A stretch of 63,826 nucleotides of DNA, filler included, from Squatina squatina (lineage: Eukaryota), in assembly GCA_031763465.1 (NCBI GenBank). It is 4 parts of 4 records of this genome, joined end to end, with 100 filler letters (N's around TTAATTAATTAA, not from the genome) between each part and the next. Parts side by side here need not be neighbours in the genome. Positions count along the whole stretch, not along the records: positions 1 to 15,195 come from JARFOE010000121.1; positions 15,296 to 31,450 come from JARFOE010000163.1; 2 more parts are not named here. One strand, written 5' to 3'. Below, in pieces: positions 12,314 through 25,099 of this stretch. How positions within the stretch are numbered: position 1 is the first letter of the stretch; each line of letters begins with the position of its first letter. The position numbers and the translations under genes were made by a program. The notes below the pieces were generated by a model. That model did not search any database and had not been told where the DNA came from. It saw nothing but the letters and a program-made list of their open reading frames with translations.

Positions 12314-13096
12314 GGGCAAAATTTTAGTCGTGCAAATTGTTTGGTACCAGAGTAGAATGGCTGAGTGTGGCCTAAACTGCTCTCACATAATTTAATATTA
12401 TAATATGTGCAACGAACAATAAAATGAGGTCGGGTGCCATTTCTCGATGTGCTCATGAGGAGTGTGGTGATGCTGAGCCCATTTGTACAAAATGAGCTGT
12501 CCTGCACTATTCAGGATATGAGTTCTTAAAGCTTTATTGCTGGATTTTTCATTGCTGCAACCTAAATTCCTCCTCTCCTTCAGTTTTTTTTGGAGAGGGA
12601 GCAAGAGGATGAATGATTGTTAGGCATGTTTGCAGGCAACAGAGGTGGATTATCCTCGCCCATATAGCTGTTTCTACAAACCCAGGCATACCTACCTGGG
12701 AATATTCAAGGACAGCTGCTTTTGCAAGCTGTGCTTCACTAGCAAGGCACTGACAAACTTCAAACTCATCTGCAGACAACCTCCATCACAGGGAAAGCAC
12801 TGCCAGTGGCAATCATGATAACCACTTTTGCACCTCAGGCTCATTTCAAGTGACCTCAGGGGGCATCATTAATATCAGTCAACCCACAGTTCACAGATGC
12901 ATCCACTGTGATGTGTTGTTTGTCAGGGCAAACGCCTTCATCATTTTCCCTGTTGAAAACTGGTAGCAGAATAAGAGAGCTCTGTTATTTTTTTGTACCA
13001 GATTTCTCAAAAGTCCAGGACATTATTGATGAGATGTGTGCCCTTACACACAATCCCATGACCTTCATGAACTACAAAGGTTTCCACTCCATTAGT
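12314..13096 (+). mobile_element. PIF/Harbinger DDE transposase pseudogene fragment
   Basis: Starts GGGCAAAATTTT. 12640-13096 gives frameshifted peptides YPRPY..YKPRHTYL, ALPVAIMIT, SGSFQVTSGGIINISQPTVHRCI, LFVRANAFIIFP, FSKVQDIID and FMNYKGFHSI, which follow the Harbinger/HARBI1 motif order. Truncated by a gap. Confidence 0.8.
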
Positions 13097-13902
13097 NNNN
13101 NNNNNNNNNNNNNNNNNNNNNNNNNNNNNNNNNNNNNNNNNNNNNNNNNNNNNNNNNNNNNNNNNNNNNNNNNNNNNNNNNNNNNNNNNNNNNNNNCTTT
13201 CAGTCCTGCTGGGACCATGGAAATGTCATCTCTGGAATACAAGCAGTCAGGGTTGACTAATGTACATTGTGATGTTAGATTGATGTACTGGAGTTTTTGC
13301 TTGATTACATTCAGAGGTCAGGGAGAAGTTTCACAGAGTTTTATCCTTTTGGAAGTTTTAGCTGTCGTTATTCACTTCCTGCAGCGGATTAAATAGATTG
13401 GAAAGAATCCCTGACAGTGTAAATTGTACATCGACTATTGGAAGGGGACAACCTTATTGAGCCAAATGGTCTTTAACTGTTCTGGCAAACAGTACTGCAA
13501 CTGGAGCTCCAGATTCGGTGACCAATGTAAGCACTTAGGGGTAGAAATTCAACTTGGTTTCACCTTTATTTTGACTGTAAAATGGACATTAGGGAGAAAA
13601 GATTTGTGTCACAATCTCCTGCACTGAATCTCCCTTGAAAGTGCGTGTCCGCCATGTTGGATCAGGTGACTTTAAGTCATCCTGGGTGGCTGCCTGAAAG
13701 CAGTGGTAGCCCCATCAAAATATTAAAATAAGGGTCTTACATCTATCTGAGGACTCTTTTTCCAAATTGAACCTATTTTCTAAATTCGTTAATTCTTAAT
13801 GCNNNNNNNNNNNNNNNNNNNNNNNNNNNNNNNNNNNNNNNNNNNNNNNNNNNNNNNNNNNNNNNNNNNNNNNNNNNNNNNNNNNNNNNNNNNNNNNNNN
13901 NN

Positions 13903-14108
13903 GCACTGTCGGAGGTGCAGTTTTTTGGATGAGATGTTAAAACGAGGCCACCTCTGCCATGTAAAAGATCCCATGGCACTATTTTGAAGAAGTTCAGGGG
14001 AGTTATTCCCGGTGTCCTGGCCAATTTTTATCCCTCAATCAACATAACAAAAACAGATTATCTGGTCTTTATCACATTGCTGTTTGTGGGAGCTTGCTTG
14101 TGCACAAA
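13903..14108 (+). mobile_element. Deu-domain SINE (SacSINE1/AmnSINE-like), central part
   Basis: gcactgtcggaggtgc...gatgagatgttaaa...gtaaaagatcccatggcactattttgaaga...atcacattgctgtttgtgggagcttgc. Confidence 0.8.
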
Positions 14109-15195
14109 TCTTTCTATCTTTTTTTCTCTTTCTTTCTCTATCTATCTCTCTTTATCTCTTTGTTCCAGTGTGTCAAGATGCTCTTTAAAGTTAGTGTGCC
14201 CAGCATTGCAAACAATTAAGTAGCTACCTTTGTGGTACATCTGCTTCTACTTTTATTCCCTCAAGTTGTGTGCAGTATTTGACCCAGTTAAGTGCTCGTC
14301 ATTTCCTATTTTTAAACATGCTTTTAGTTTTAATTAATTTCATTGAATTGGCAAAATAATGTTCTGTCTGTAAAAGTATGTATTGTCTTTTAATAATGGT
14401 TTGCTANNNNNNNNNNGTACATCAAGCAGTTATCCATCAAAAAGCAGATCCTTCTCTCTTCTTACTTCTTCACAAGTATAAACAATGGAACCACCAGTGC
14501 ACTCAGCAGCACACTCAACTATAACTCATTCTAATAATTAGGTCAGTTGAAATGAACTTGAGATTTATAACTCCTAGACAGATGTAGGCCAGAGCTGTAC
14601 GACTCTGACATGGAAGGTTTAGCAGCCATTCCCGAGTATAATGACGGTTCACTCCCCGCAGAATATGTAAAAAGTGACTTCAGTGTTCTACCGAGAATAC
14701 AAAAAGTTGTAGATTCTGCGAGCCATTGTCACATTTCTGACTGGGAGAAATAATTTCCCAAGGAGTTCCAGTAAGCAGTCTTGTCTATAAGTTCCTATGG
14801 ACTGAGAGACTCCCCCTTGGCAACTTTAGTAGCCAGTGTCACTGATATTCACACAGAGAAATGAGCGTTCAGGTTGAACTGAATATCTGGTTGGAAACAT
14901 CAATGCAAATGTTATTCAATAAATTTTGGTTTCCTGGGGATTAGGGGAAAAAATCCAATTGAGATTCTTCAAAATATTCCTGTGGTCACTGTGGAGGTGA
15001 CTATCTAACTGTCGGCTTTTTTAAAGCTAGTTTACCATCATGTAGAATTTGAGTACTATTAATGCTGATTTGCAACTTCCAATATCGTCTTAACATGACG
15101 GTAAGGTTCAGATTTTCCGTAGCTCAATCAGCTCATCTGTATAAAATGGCTGCGTGATAGAGAAACAGGCCTGGCCTATTTTGAAGTGCCTGTTA

Positions 15196-15295
15196 NNNNN
15201 NNNNNNNNNNNNNNNNNNNNNNNNNNNNNNNNNNNNNNNTTAATTAATTAANNNNNNNNNNNNNNNNNNNNNNNNNNNNNNNNNNNNNNNNNNNN
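15196..15295. other. Artificial scaffold linker 44N-TTAATTAATTAA-44N
   Basis: Exactly 100 nt with a central palindrome that gives stop codons in all six frames. An identical structure occurs three times in the window. Confidence 0.95.
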
Positions 15296-15897
15296 TGTTT
15301 GTGAGAGAGTTGTGAGAGAGTAGTGTGGAGTGAGTGTGAGTGAGAGAGTGTGTATGAGATAATGTGTGAGAGTGTGTATGTGAGAGGGTGTGTGTGTGAG
15401 AGTGTGAAAGAGAATGTGTGAGAGAGTGTGTGAGAGTGTGTGAGAGTGTGTGAGAGTGTGTGAGGATGTGAAAGAGTGGGTGTAAGTGCCTAAGTGTGAG
15501 AATGTGTGTGAGAGTGTGAGAGAGTGTGTGAGAGTTAGGGTGATTGTGAGTGTGTGTGAGAGTGTGTGTGTGAAATGTATGTGTGAGTGGGTGTGCGTGA
15601 GAGAGTGTGAAAGAGAGTGTGTGTGAGGGTGTGTGAGAATGTGAAAGTGTGTTTGTGTGAGAGTGTGTGAGAGAGTGTGCGAGTGTGTGAATGAAAGAGA
15701 GTGTGTGAGTGTGTGAGAGAGAGTGTGTGAGAGAGAGTGTGTGAGAGAGAGTGTGTGAGTGTTTGAGAGAGAGAGTCTGTGAGTGTGAGAGAGAGAGTCT
15801 GTGTGGGAGGGAGTGTGTGTGAGTGTGTGAGAGTGTGTGTGTGAGAGAGTGTGAAAGAGAGTGTGTGTGAGAATGTAAAAGTGTGTTTGTGTGTGCA
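15296..15897. repeat. Compound (GT)n/(GA)n low-complexity repeat, about 600 bp
   Basis: Almost entirely GTGT and GAGA units. Confidence 0.95.
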
Positions 15898-16379
15898 TGG
15901 CAGGTGGAAGGAGAATAGGGCTAGAGTCTTTGCTACAGCATTATTAAAGCCAATTAGGAAGGCAGGACACTTACTACATCACTGCTTCCTGGTGGCAACC
16001 AAAGAAAATGGCTGCTACAGACATTAGAATACTATCAATTTATTACAGGAGAGGAAAAGTAAAGAGTTGGAGTGTCCATGGTTTCATTCCCTGTAAATCG
16101 ACTAGTGGCTATCATGGAGGAAATCATGGTCATCATGTACAAAAGGTGCTCAAGTAGTTCACAGCAAATATTTGTCAACAGACCAATAATTTTCTACATT
16201 TATTCCCTCTACAAACATTTTGGAAAAGTGGGCTAGGTGGGGATTGGCTAATTTGAAAATTTTACAGTTACACTAAATGGAGCATATGGCACCCAATAAA
16301 TAATGAATTGTAAGACTGGGCTCTTTGCTTTCAAGAGCCTATATTTCTGACAGTAACTTTAGCAGAGCTGTTTTCTTAC

Positions 16380-16508
16380 CGCTGTGCACAGCGATCACGG
16401 GACGGTGGTGCTGTGTGAAGCTGCTCAATCGTGAAGACGAGTCTTGTGGAGATGGGCTGTTAAATGGAGATTTGTCTATCTCTGTCTTCTTCACTGTAGG
16501 GGAGATAC
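16380..16508 (-). CDS. NFIC: NFIC internal coding exon (129 bp, equivalent to human exon 7)
   Basis: TTTCCTGTTAG|GTATCTCC...GTGCACAGCG|GTAAGA. Translates [48 protein letters not shown]-type. Phase 1/1. Confidence 0.95.
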
Positions 16509-17149
16509 CTAACAGGAAATACAAGCAGCACAGGTGTCAATACTTTACATTCACTCAATCCTTTTTTCTCTTATGTTCACCTCTGCTGGTAAAGCATAAA
16601 GAAAACTCACAGCGCTCCAGGATTATCTACAGCAGCAGCTGCAAAATGGGAGGTTAGGTAGTGAATAATTACAACAGATTAATTCAGTTCATGAATAGGA
16701 ATGGGGAGGGGGCGGTCTTCCTTGGGCAAAGTCTGTTAACATTAGGACCCTGGAAAGAAGTAATTAGAAAGTCAATAATGAATTTCCCTTCAGTTTGCAA
16801 AATGTGCAGAGGGTTTTGTTCACAAGATAAAAGCTTGTTCATTTGTAATGTTGAGAATGTTGAAGTACAATTAAGGAAGTACCTGAAGTGTTTGATTTGG
16901 ACTATTTTTTAATTGTAAACTTGTTACCTATTAAATTTTGCCCCGCAAAATAATTTGCAGTCTTCAACTCCAAGGATTATTCTAATTGCTTCTCAAGTAC
17001 CAGAGTAATTTNNNNNNNNNNNNNNNNNNNNNNNNNNNNNNNNNNNNNNNNNNNNNNNNNNNNNNNNNNNNNNNNNNNNNNNNNNNNNNNNNNNNNNNNN
17101 NNNNNNNNNNNGATTATAAAACTTTTGAATATTTTTGTCACCACCAGAC

Positions 17150-17685
17150 GGACAATTCCAATGCTTTGCTGACCAACCTTCCATCTTCCTCACTGTATAA
17201 CCTTCAGCTTATCCAAAACTCTGCTGCTGTATCCTAGTACTGCTCACCCATTACTTGCTGACCTACATTAGCTCCTGATCTCCATACACCTCAAATTTAA
17301 AGTTCTCATCCTCATGTTTAAATCCCATCATGGCCATTCCCCTCTTTATCTCTGTAACGATCTCCAACCCTCCAAGAGTTCTGCATTCCTCCAAATCTGG
17401 CCACTTGGGGATTTCCTATTCAGTGTCCCACATTTAGCGGCTTTGCCTTCAGCCATCTAGGTCTTAAGATCTGGAGGTTCCCCTCTAAATATCTTTGCCT
17501 CTCCTGGCTCTCCACCTCCCTTTCCTCCTTGAAGACTGTCCTCAAAACCCACCTCTTTGACCAAGCATTTGGTCACCTTTGCTAAGCTCATCTTCTTTGG
17601 TTCAGCATTGACTATGACCTTCTGTGAAGCACCTTAAGATGTTTTAGTGTGTTAAAGGCACTATTTAAATGCAAGTTGCTGTTGG
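17150..17685 (+). mobile_element. L2 LINE 3' fragment
   Basis: NALLTNLPSSSLYNLQLIQNSAA, then ggctttgccttcagc and ctcaaaacccacctctttgaccaagc, ending in the L2 tail ctgtgaagcacctt...ggcactatttaaatgcaagttgctgttg. Confidence 0.8.
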
Positions 17686-18357
17686 TTTCAATTCTCAACA
17701 GGTGGACATTTGCCACCGTTTTTTTCTTGTTGTTCTCCTTCAAGTTGACTGAATTTTGCTTGGTCTTTATCATAGCATTTTTTTGCTTGGATGTCCAGGA
17801 AGGCTTTAGGATGGATCTAGGTCCTTTTTTCAAATTCTCTTGTCCTCCTGTGACAATTAGAAGTGAATACTGCCAAACAGCTAATCTTAATAGCAGCTAC
17901 TTCAGAAATGGACATTCGTAAAACCAATCATACCTACGCTTTTGAACACAGAATCACTGTCTACCAAATGCTCCCACTCACTTCCACTTGACAATATTTT
18001 TTTTCATCTAAGCTTTACTCTTAAGTCCATTATTAATCCATCCATTAAGTTCACTTGGAAATATCAGCAAGGGCTTTCTCGCACCCAGTCCCTCAACAGG
18101 GCACTAGTCAGGCAGAGCACATCCAAAGTGCACGGCATCTGATATGATCTGGTGCTGCTTGCATTTCCTGTTTAGGCCATTTACACAGGCCAGGTGCTTC
18201 CCTGGTGCTGGATGCCCCCACCCCCCACGGGCAGGGCTCATCATCTGGAAGTGGGGAGGAAAGACAGATGCTGATCAAGGCCTGTTTTTGGGCTGTAGTC
18301 AGCCGGTCCCCATCCCTGATCGTCTTCTTCCTGGAGGCACTTACCTTCTGTAAGTAT

Positions 18358-18560
18358 GTGAAATCTTTTCACACAGAGGGTGTTGGGGGTCTGGAACGCA
18401 CTGCCTGAAGGGGTGGCAGAAACCCTCATAGCATTTAAAAAGTACTTGGATATGCACCTGAAGTACCAAGAGCTGGAAAATGGATAGCTCTTTGTCGGTT
18501 GGCATGGACACGATGGGCCGAATGGCCTCCTTCTGTGCTGTAAATCTCTATGATTCTATA
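18358..18560 (+). mobile_element. CR1 3' fragment
   Basis: ttttcacacagagggtgttgggggtctggaacgcactgcctgaag...gggccgaatggcctccttctgtgctgtaaatctctatgattctat. Confidence 0.85.
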
Positions 18561-19699
18561 TGGCTCCAACAGGTGGCACCCAGGCTCCATGCAGATCTAG
18601 GTGCAATGCCCAAGACCCACTTTTTCAGGGTGCACTGGCTTTCCGACAAGAACATGAGGCAAAAGGGCCTGTTACATCCCTCCCTCCTCAACTGCACGAG
18701 ATAACATGACTTGCACCAAATTTGGGCCTAAATGTTCTTCTATCCACCCCCCTCACCCGACCAGAAACCCTAGAAATCCTAGGATAAAACAGAGGGGGTG
18801 GAGACCTGGGAATAATGGGTCTTCTTTCCCTTTGATTTGGAATCGCGAACTGAGCAGTTTCCTCTCATGTCGCAGGGAAAGTTGGCCCAATTTTTTTGTC
18901 AACGTCAGTTTTGGAAATATAATTGTGTATTCAATCTTTTCCTTCTTTACATTTTTGGTTTTACATGCATTTAATTACTGAATAAAAAAGCTGTAGTACA
19001 AACATTTGCAAACTCTGTAATTTTTCTGTAGTTTACAGAAAGTCAAACCCTGCATAATATTTCTTGGCAAGCAAGTTCTATATTTATCTGGCCCTTTGTA
19101 CTTATACACTAGTGCGTCACGTTTCTTGTGCTGTTAGTCCGTGCAGAGAAAATCAGGGCATTATGTAGGGAACAAGTAAATGAGGACACAGAGCCCCACC
19201 ATAGAAAATTGAAGCTTTCTTTACCAGAATATGCAGCAGCAGCTGGAGCAGATCAACTGACTTCGGCGAGGCAAAGGCCCTGTGTAGTTCAACATTTTCA
19301 TGGACCACCCCGTTTGCATTTTATAAACAGCTTGTTTCAGTAGATTTTACAGCAATTCTGAACACAATTCAAGAATCCAATCAGAAAACATCATTAGCTG
19401 AGAACCACCCGGATGTTAACAGAACAGAGACCATAGATGTGTCAGGCCTGCATAGCATGCCCAACTGTTGATTATGATGCATTATATAGTTGTAAGTCGG
19501 TCACACAGCAGGAATTTAGCAGAGTGACAGGCATCAAAGAACTGGCCTGGTGCTAAAATCGTGGGGTCCATTTTTTAGGCATCTTGGGTAGCCACCTAAA
19601 ACAGGCGTTCAGCCCTTTGAATATGTTAAAAAGGAGCCAAATGCCTGGTGAAGGACCCGTTCTAGAAACTGAGCTGCCATAAGCAAAGCAGGTCTGCTC

Positions 19700-20123
19700 C
19701 ACTCGGGTTTTCTGAATGTGGATCCTAAGCTGAGCTTCAAACCTCATATCCATTACATCACAAAAACCACATACTTCAACTTCCATAACATCTCAATCGA
19801 CCTTTGTTACCTTCAGTCTCAACTATTTCCAACATGGCTATTTCTCATCTTGCATAAACTTCAACTCATCTCATATGCTGCCATATCCTATCCTGCACCA
19901 AATCCCACTCAGCCAACCTTGCCCTCATCCACTCAAATTTAAAATGTTCTCCCTTCTGTTTAAGATCCTTCATGGCCTCACCCCTCCCTACTTCTATAAC
20001 CTCCTCCAACTCTCCAAGAACTCTGCATTCCTCCAACTCTGGCCTCTTGAGCGTCCCCTACTCCCTTCAGCCATCTAAGCCCGAAGCTCTGAAACTCCCT
20101 CCGCCTCTCTCTCCTGCTTTAAG
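19700..20123 (+). mobile_element. L2 LINE fragment
   Basis: DPKLSFKPHIHYITKTTYFNFHNI and FKILHGLTPPY..NLLQ are L2 ORF2 C-terminal motifs. Confidence 0.75.
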
Positions 20124-20621
20124 NNNNNNNNNNCTGTATTGACCCCATACTCAGGGAAGGAAATGCAGGTGAGCTGTCTCTTCCCTCCTAGAGCTCAGTC
20201 TGAGAGCAGCATTTGCAGAGGTTTTTAGTACAAGGAATAATGCACAGCATGGAGGGAATCAGAACAGGTGGATAAAGTAGCTTGTAATGCGAGGAGAGGT
20301 AAATAAAAAAAATGAATCAAGTGTTTATTCAAAAATGAATACCACTATTTATACATTGGTAAATTTTGTACAAATTCCTGCCCCAGTAATGTGCCATTTT
20401 CAGAGCTGTACTCTGGGCAGAAACTGCTTGTGCACTGAGAAAAACATTCATGTTCATGGTCAATTTATGTTCTGCTATTGGCTGCAATGCAAAACAACTG
20501 CAATTCACTCTAACAATAGGACATTCTGAACGGTCACAAAGGAGAGCATATTGTTAACTTCCTGTTAAAGGCCACAGTGTCCCCAGAGAAGGAATCCTGA
20601 AGAGTCAGATTCTGCACTCAC

Positions 20622-20746
20622 CTCCTTCCATTTCCTCCTGCCAGTTCCTACTGCTGCTTGCAGGTGAGCTGGGTGAAGGGTAAAACTCCCCACCTGGACT
20701 AGTGTCAATATCATCTTCCATTGAACCAGATTTGTGTCTTTTACTC
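20622..20746 (-). CDS. NFIC: NFIC internal coding exon (125 bp, equivalent to human exon 6)
   Basis: CCCCCTACAG|GAGTAAAAGA...ATGGAAGGAG|GTGAGT. Translates [42 protein letters not shown]. Phase 2/1. Confidence 0.95.
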
Positions 20747-21299
20747 CTGTAGGGGGAAAGAAGACTCCGTTTACCACTTTGAATATAGAAAGCCCACATG
20801 TAGTATTTTTTATATTGTGCTCCTTTTGCCTTGATGCATGCTCAGAAGAATAGATACTGGAAATGTGTCCCCAAGTGTGTTAATCTCAATGTGATGCAGG
20901 AACAATTCCCAGTAATTCACCAAGAAGTGTTCTGTACAATCTCTCTCTATGAATACATAAATGTTTTGAGCTGCATCAAGCACACTTCGGAAGTCACGGT
21001 TTATCACACAGGCAAGCTTTCCCACCACATTAAATCAAAACATAAAAAGAGAAAGAGACCGTCATTGCCTGCTGGTTTCAGACGCTTTTCTCCAGCCACT
21101 GAAAATACTCCAAGAAACAGTGGGGTGGGGTGGGGGTGGGGGTGGAGGGTTCAGGAGAAGGGAGCGGTAAATTGTCAAGACAAAACGATATGGCAAAAAT
21201 GCGAGGCAGCTATTTGGTTAATGAGAGCCAGAGTGCAACAGGAAGGGACAGTGCATATGAACATAAAAGAGCAACAACAAATAGGGTAATTGTAAGGCA

Positions 21300-21702
21300 A
21301 AAAGAAAAAATTAAGGGCTCTATATCTAAATGCACGTAGTATCCATAACAAAATGAATGAACTAATGGCACAAATAGAGATAAACGGGTATGATCTGATA
21401 GCCATTACGGAGACATGTTTACAAGGAGACCAAAGCTGGGAATTAAATATTCAGGGATATTTGACTTTTCGTAAGGCAGGCAGGAAGGAAAATGAGGTGG
21501 GGTTGCTCTGTTAATAAGAGATAAAATGAGTACAATTGTGAGAGACGATCTAGGCTCAGAAGATGAAGAGTCCATCTCGGTGGAAGTAAAAAAACAGCAA
21601 GGGAAAGAAGACACTGGTAGGAGTAGTGTATAGGCCCCCAAACAGTAGCCACACTGTAGGAAAGGGTATAAATCAAGAAATAATGGGGGCGTGTAAAAAG
21701 AG
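21300..21702 (+). mobile_element. CR1 ORF2 AP-endonuclease fragment
   Basis: LRALYLNARSIHNKMNELMAQIEINGYDLIAITET ... GVALLI ... LVGVVYRPPNSS. Confidence 0.85.
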
Positions 21703-21822
21703 NNNNNNNNNNNNNNNNNNNNNNNNNNNNNNNNNNNNNNNNNNNNNNNNNNNNNNNNNNNNNNNNNNNNNNNNNNNNNNNNNNNNNNNNNNNNNNNNNN
21801 NNGTGGAGAGTTTTTCCCCTGA

Positions 21823-22340
21823 TGCCCAGTGACTTCAACTTTAGCCCAAAACGGGCAAAAAATTGGTGATGCGCTTGCCCAAAGCCACATTCGGGAGGAA
21901 CAAACCATTTTCAGGTTCAGGCCTCATTTAAGTTTTACCGGCAAGCTGGGGGAAGCAAAAGGGTGCTCTCTGCAGCTCGCTGATTTCAGGTGGTGGAAAA
22001 TCACCAGCTTCTACCAGCAGGTAGAGCCTGCTTGGGGGTGGGGGGGTCAGGTGTGGATCCTGGAGATGGTGAGAATGGCTGTTGGTGAGGCGGCTCGATG
22101 CCTCGTACCACTGGGACTCGCATGCCCGAACCGCTTGCATATTAAAATTGCAACCAGGGCCCTATATCAGGCATAGGACTCCAATCTGCATACTTAAACA
22201 GCCTCCTGTTTTGGGCAGCAGTGCTGATCGCCCATTTAAAGGCTTGGCTGAAAATTGAATCAGGTGGACAAATAGATGTCCAAGATGTCCACCAGGTATT
22301 CCTCTGCCAGTCACCTGTTTTCAGTCGAAAATCCCCCCCT
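21823..22340. mobile_element. Harbinger-like non-autonomous element
   Basis: GC-rich body ending GAAAATCCCCCC (reverse complement GGGGGGATTTTC), similar to the 3699 terminus. Confidence 0.45.
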
Positions 22341-22670
22341 GATGTCTCAAGAATCTGGGTATGCTGCTGGTGTTATGATAACAATGGCACACTGAAGTCC
22401 TGTTTAGGCAGAGGAGGCAGCTGTGCGTGTTCTACAACTGCTCTCTGCATTCTATATCATATCACTATCCTGGAAGCATTTGAAATTTACTTTTTGATCG
22501 AAAACTCAAAAAAACCCCAGTAAATTCAAAAACCAGTAAATTAAAAAAAAGCGTTGGAAGTTTGTACAATATTGACATTTCTGATAAAATCACGGCCCCA
22601 TTTATAAGAACAGTCCTGCAGTGTATTATATTAATAATCCCTCATGGGTTATATAGCTTCTGTCACATAC

Positions 22671-22794
22671 CCGCTCGATGAGCTGCTTGGCAAAGTTCTC
22701 CTCATCCCTGCACTTGGTGGGTTCAAATCATAGGCCAAATGACCTTGTAACTCTCCAAGGGAGAAATTCGGCCCTGTTCCTGTTACAATGGGAG
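22671..22794 (-). CDS. NFIC: NFIC internal coding exon (124 bp, equivalent to human exon 5)
   Basis: TTTTTAG|CTCCCATT...TCGAGCGG|GTATGT. Translates [55 protein letters not shown] is diagnostic of the NFIC paralogue. Phase 1/2. Confidence 0.95.
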
Positions 22795-23800
22795 CTAAAA
22801 ATTAAAGAAATCAAAACATATTGTTAAAATTTGTAATCAGACTTGGGTTCAGAACTCTTCACAAGCCCATATGCATCACACCGTTTGGACTATGTTGTCT
22901 GCAATGATTGACAAATCATATCACTTTCCTCCTTACTCCCGCCCATGGGCTATTCAACCACTGAGCCATCACACCAAAGTCCTGGCCTCACAAGCGCTCT
23001 TGCAGAAGCGATAGTAATCAGGATGAGGGATGCCCCTGGGCTGAGAATGCCAAGGACAGTTGTAACATCACCACTGCCACCCTGCTGAGCTTTTGAGTGG
23101 CAACTTGCTCTCATTGGGTGTCTAATCCAGCATGGCGCCCTCTACAGGGGAACCTGTGGCATGTGTGAGCAGGGCAAGCAACAGTGTGGCGCTTCAACAA
23201 GTCAGACTGATGAATCCTCGGAGAAAATCGGGGTGAATTTTATCACTCAAAAACATATGGGTTTGGTTCAGGTCAGATGTTAAAATTTTTAAAATCTCAA
23301 ACTTGACCCAACCTTCCTCTGACCCACCGGCCTCCGGTTTTATTGGATATGGGACAAGGGGCAGGCAGCCAACCCACTCCCAGGAGGTGGGATGGCCATT
23401 TAAATATTTACATGAAGCTGGCAGCCTCTGATTGCAGGTTAAACTATGGCTGGCCAGGTTTCCCAGGCCTCGGGAAATCCAGCAGCTGAAGGGAGGCTGA
23501 AGGAAACCTGGGGCTAGAAATTCATCTCCTGTTGTGCCCCATTATTGCCTCCAAGGGGCGCTAATGGGGCGTAACAGGAAAAAATGGTGCTGGGAGGCGG
23601 CCATCTCATCTCCCAGGGAATGCAGTTGGGGCACAAAGGCCTGTGCGCCTGGTCAGCTGAATTCTGTGGCGGGTCAGCGCATGACGTCATAAAGACTGAA
23701 NNNNNNNNNNNNNNNNNNNNNNNNNNNNNNNNNNNNNNNNNNNNNNNNNNNNNNNNNNNNNNNNNNNNNNNNNNNNNNNNNNNNNNNNNNNNNNNNNNNN

Positions 23801-24640
23801 CTACCCCAGGTGGGGCAGGTGGTGTTTGATGGAGCGAGTGGATGGGATACTCGGGTTTCCGCGCGCTCCTTCCGCTGCCTGCGCTTGCCCTCCACGTGCT
23901 CCCGCCAGAGAAGCTCAAAGTGATTGGCGCCTTAGCGGATGCTTCTCCTCCAGTTGGGGTGGTCTTGGGCCAGAGATTCCCATGAGCTAGTGGGAATGTT
24001 ACATTTTTTCAGGGAGGCTTTGGGAACGTCCTTAAAGCTTCCTCTGCCCTCCTGGAAGTTGCCTGCTGTACATTGACCATGCTTCCGACGCATACAGGAG
24101 AGCGGGTATCACTGCTGCCCTGTAGACCAAGAGCTTGGTGCCGGGTTTGAGATCTTTATCTTCAAACACTCTCTTTCTCAAGCGGCTGAAGGCTGTGCTG
24201 GCACACTGGAGGCGGTGTTGGATTTTGTTGTTTATGTCTGTCCTCGCTGAGAGGAGGCACCCAAGGTATGGAAGGTGATCCACGTTGTCCAGGGGCTCGC
24301 CGTGGATCATGATAGTCGGAGGAGGCTGGGGCAGGCTGGTGTAGGACCTTTGTCTTGCGGATGTTTAGTATCAGGCCCATTCTTTCATATGCCTCACAAA
24401 TCGACGATGGATTGGAGCTCAGCCTCTGAGTGTACACACATGCAAACATCGTCTGCATACTGCAGTTCGATGATAGAGGTTGGGCTGGTCTTGGTTCTGT
24501 ACTGGAGGCGGCAGAGGTTGAACAGTTTCCCACTCGTCCTGTAGATTAGCTCCACTCCAGCAGGGAGCTTCAGAGAGATGGGGCGGAGTGTTGCGGCGAG
24601 GAAGATGGAGAAGAGCGTCGGTGTGATGACACACAGCCTT
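23801..24640 (-). mobile_element. RTE-clade LINE fragment (RT and C-terminus) with internal deletions
   Basis: IELQYADDVC, EAYERMGLILNIRKTKVLHQPAP, PYLGCLLS and KLLVYRAAVIPALLYASEAW are typical RTE ORF motifs. Confidence 0.88.
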
Positions 24641-25099
24641 GCTTGACTCCAGTTTGCACTTGTATTGGTACAATAGACAGGTAAAGAGATGCAAAAATTG
24701 TCTGTTAATCACTAAGCTTAAAGGAAGAGTTCTAACCTTAGAAACCAAGGTTTAGGAACTTACCAGGACAGACAGAAAGGTGGGGATTTTGGGATGAGGG
24801 GAGCAAGTGGCTAGTATTAGTAGGTGAGTCGTGTCAGCCAAGTGACACAGCTCGGCTAGCATCAGACCTCAAGAATGAACCTTCAAGAATTGGAGCTGGA
24901 CAGCAGTACATTCCGGAAGAGCGTTGCCATGACAGGGTGCTGAGGGAAGCCAACAAAATGGGGACACTGGATGAATTAAACTTAGCAAAGGAAGCAAGAA
25001 AGAAAATCCTACGAAGCTACTCAAGAGATATTAGCAAGCAGATACTCGGCACTGTCCAATAATAGGAGGTAATAAACTCCCAGAAGAAAAAAAATAAGG

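Noticed and set aside
15240-15251. TTAATTAATTAA as a biological repeat or homeodomain site
   Set aside because: Each time it is centred in exactly 44N + 44N, so it is a pipeline spacer.
15248-15898. 216-aa His/Thr/Leu/Ser-rich ORF
   Set aside because: It is the translation of a GT/GA low-complexity repeat.
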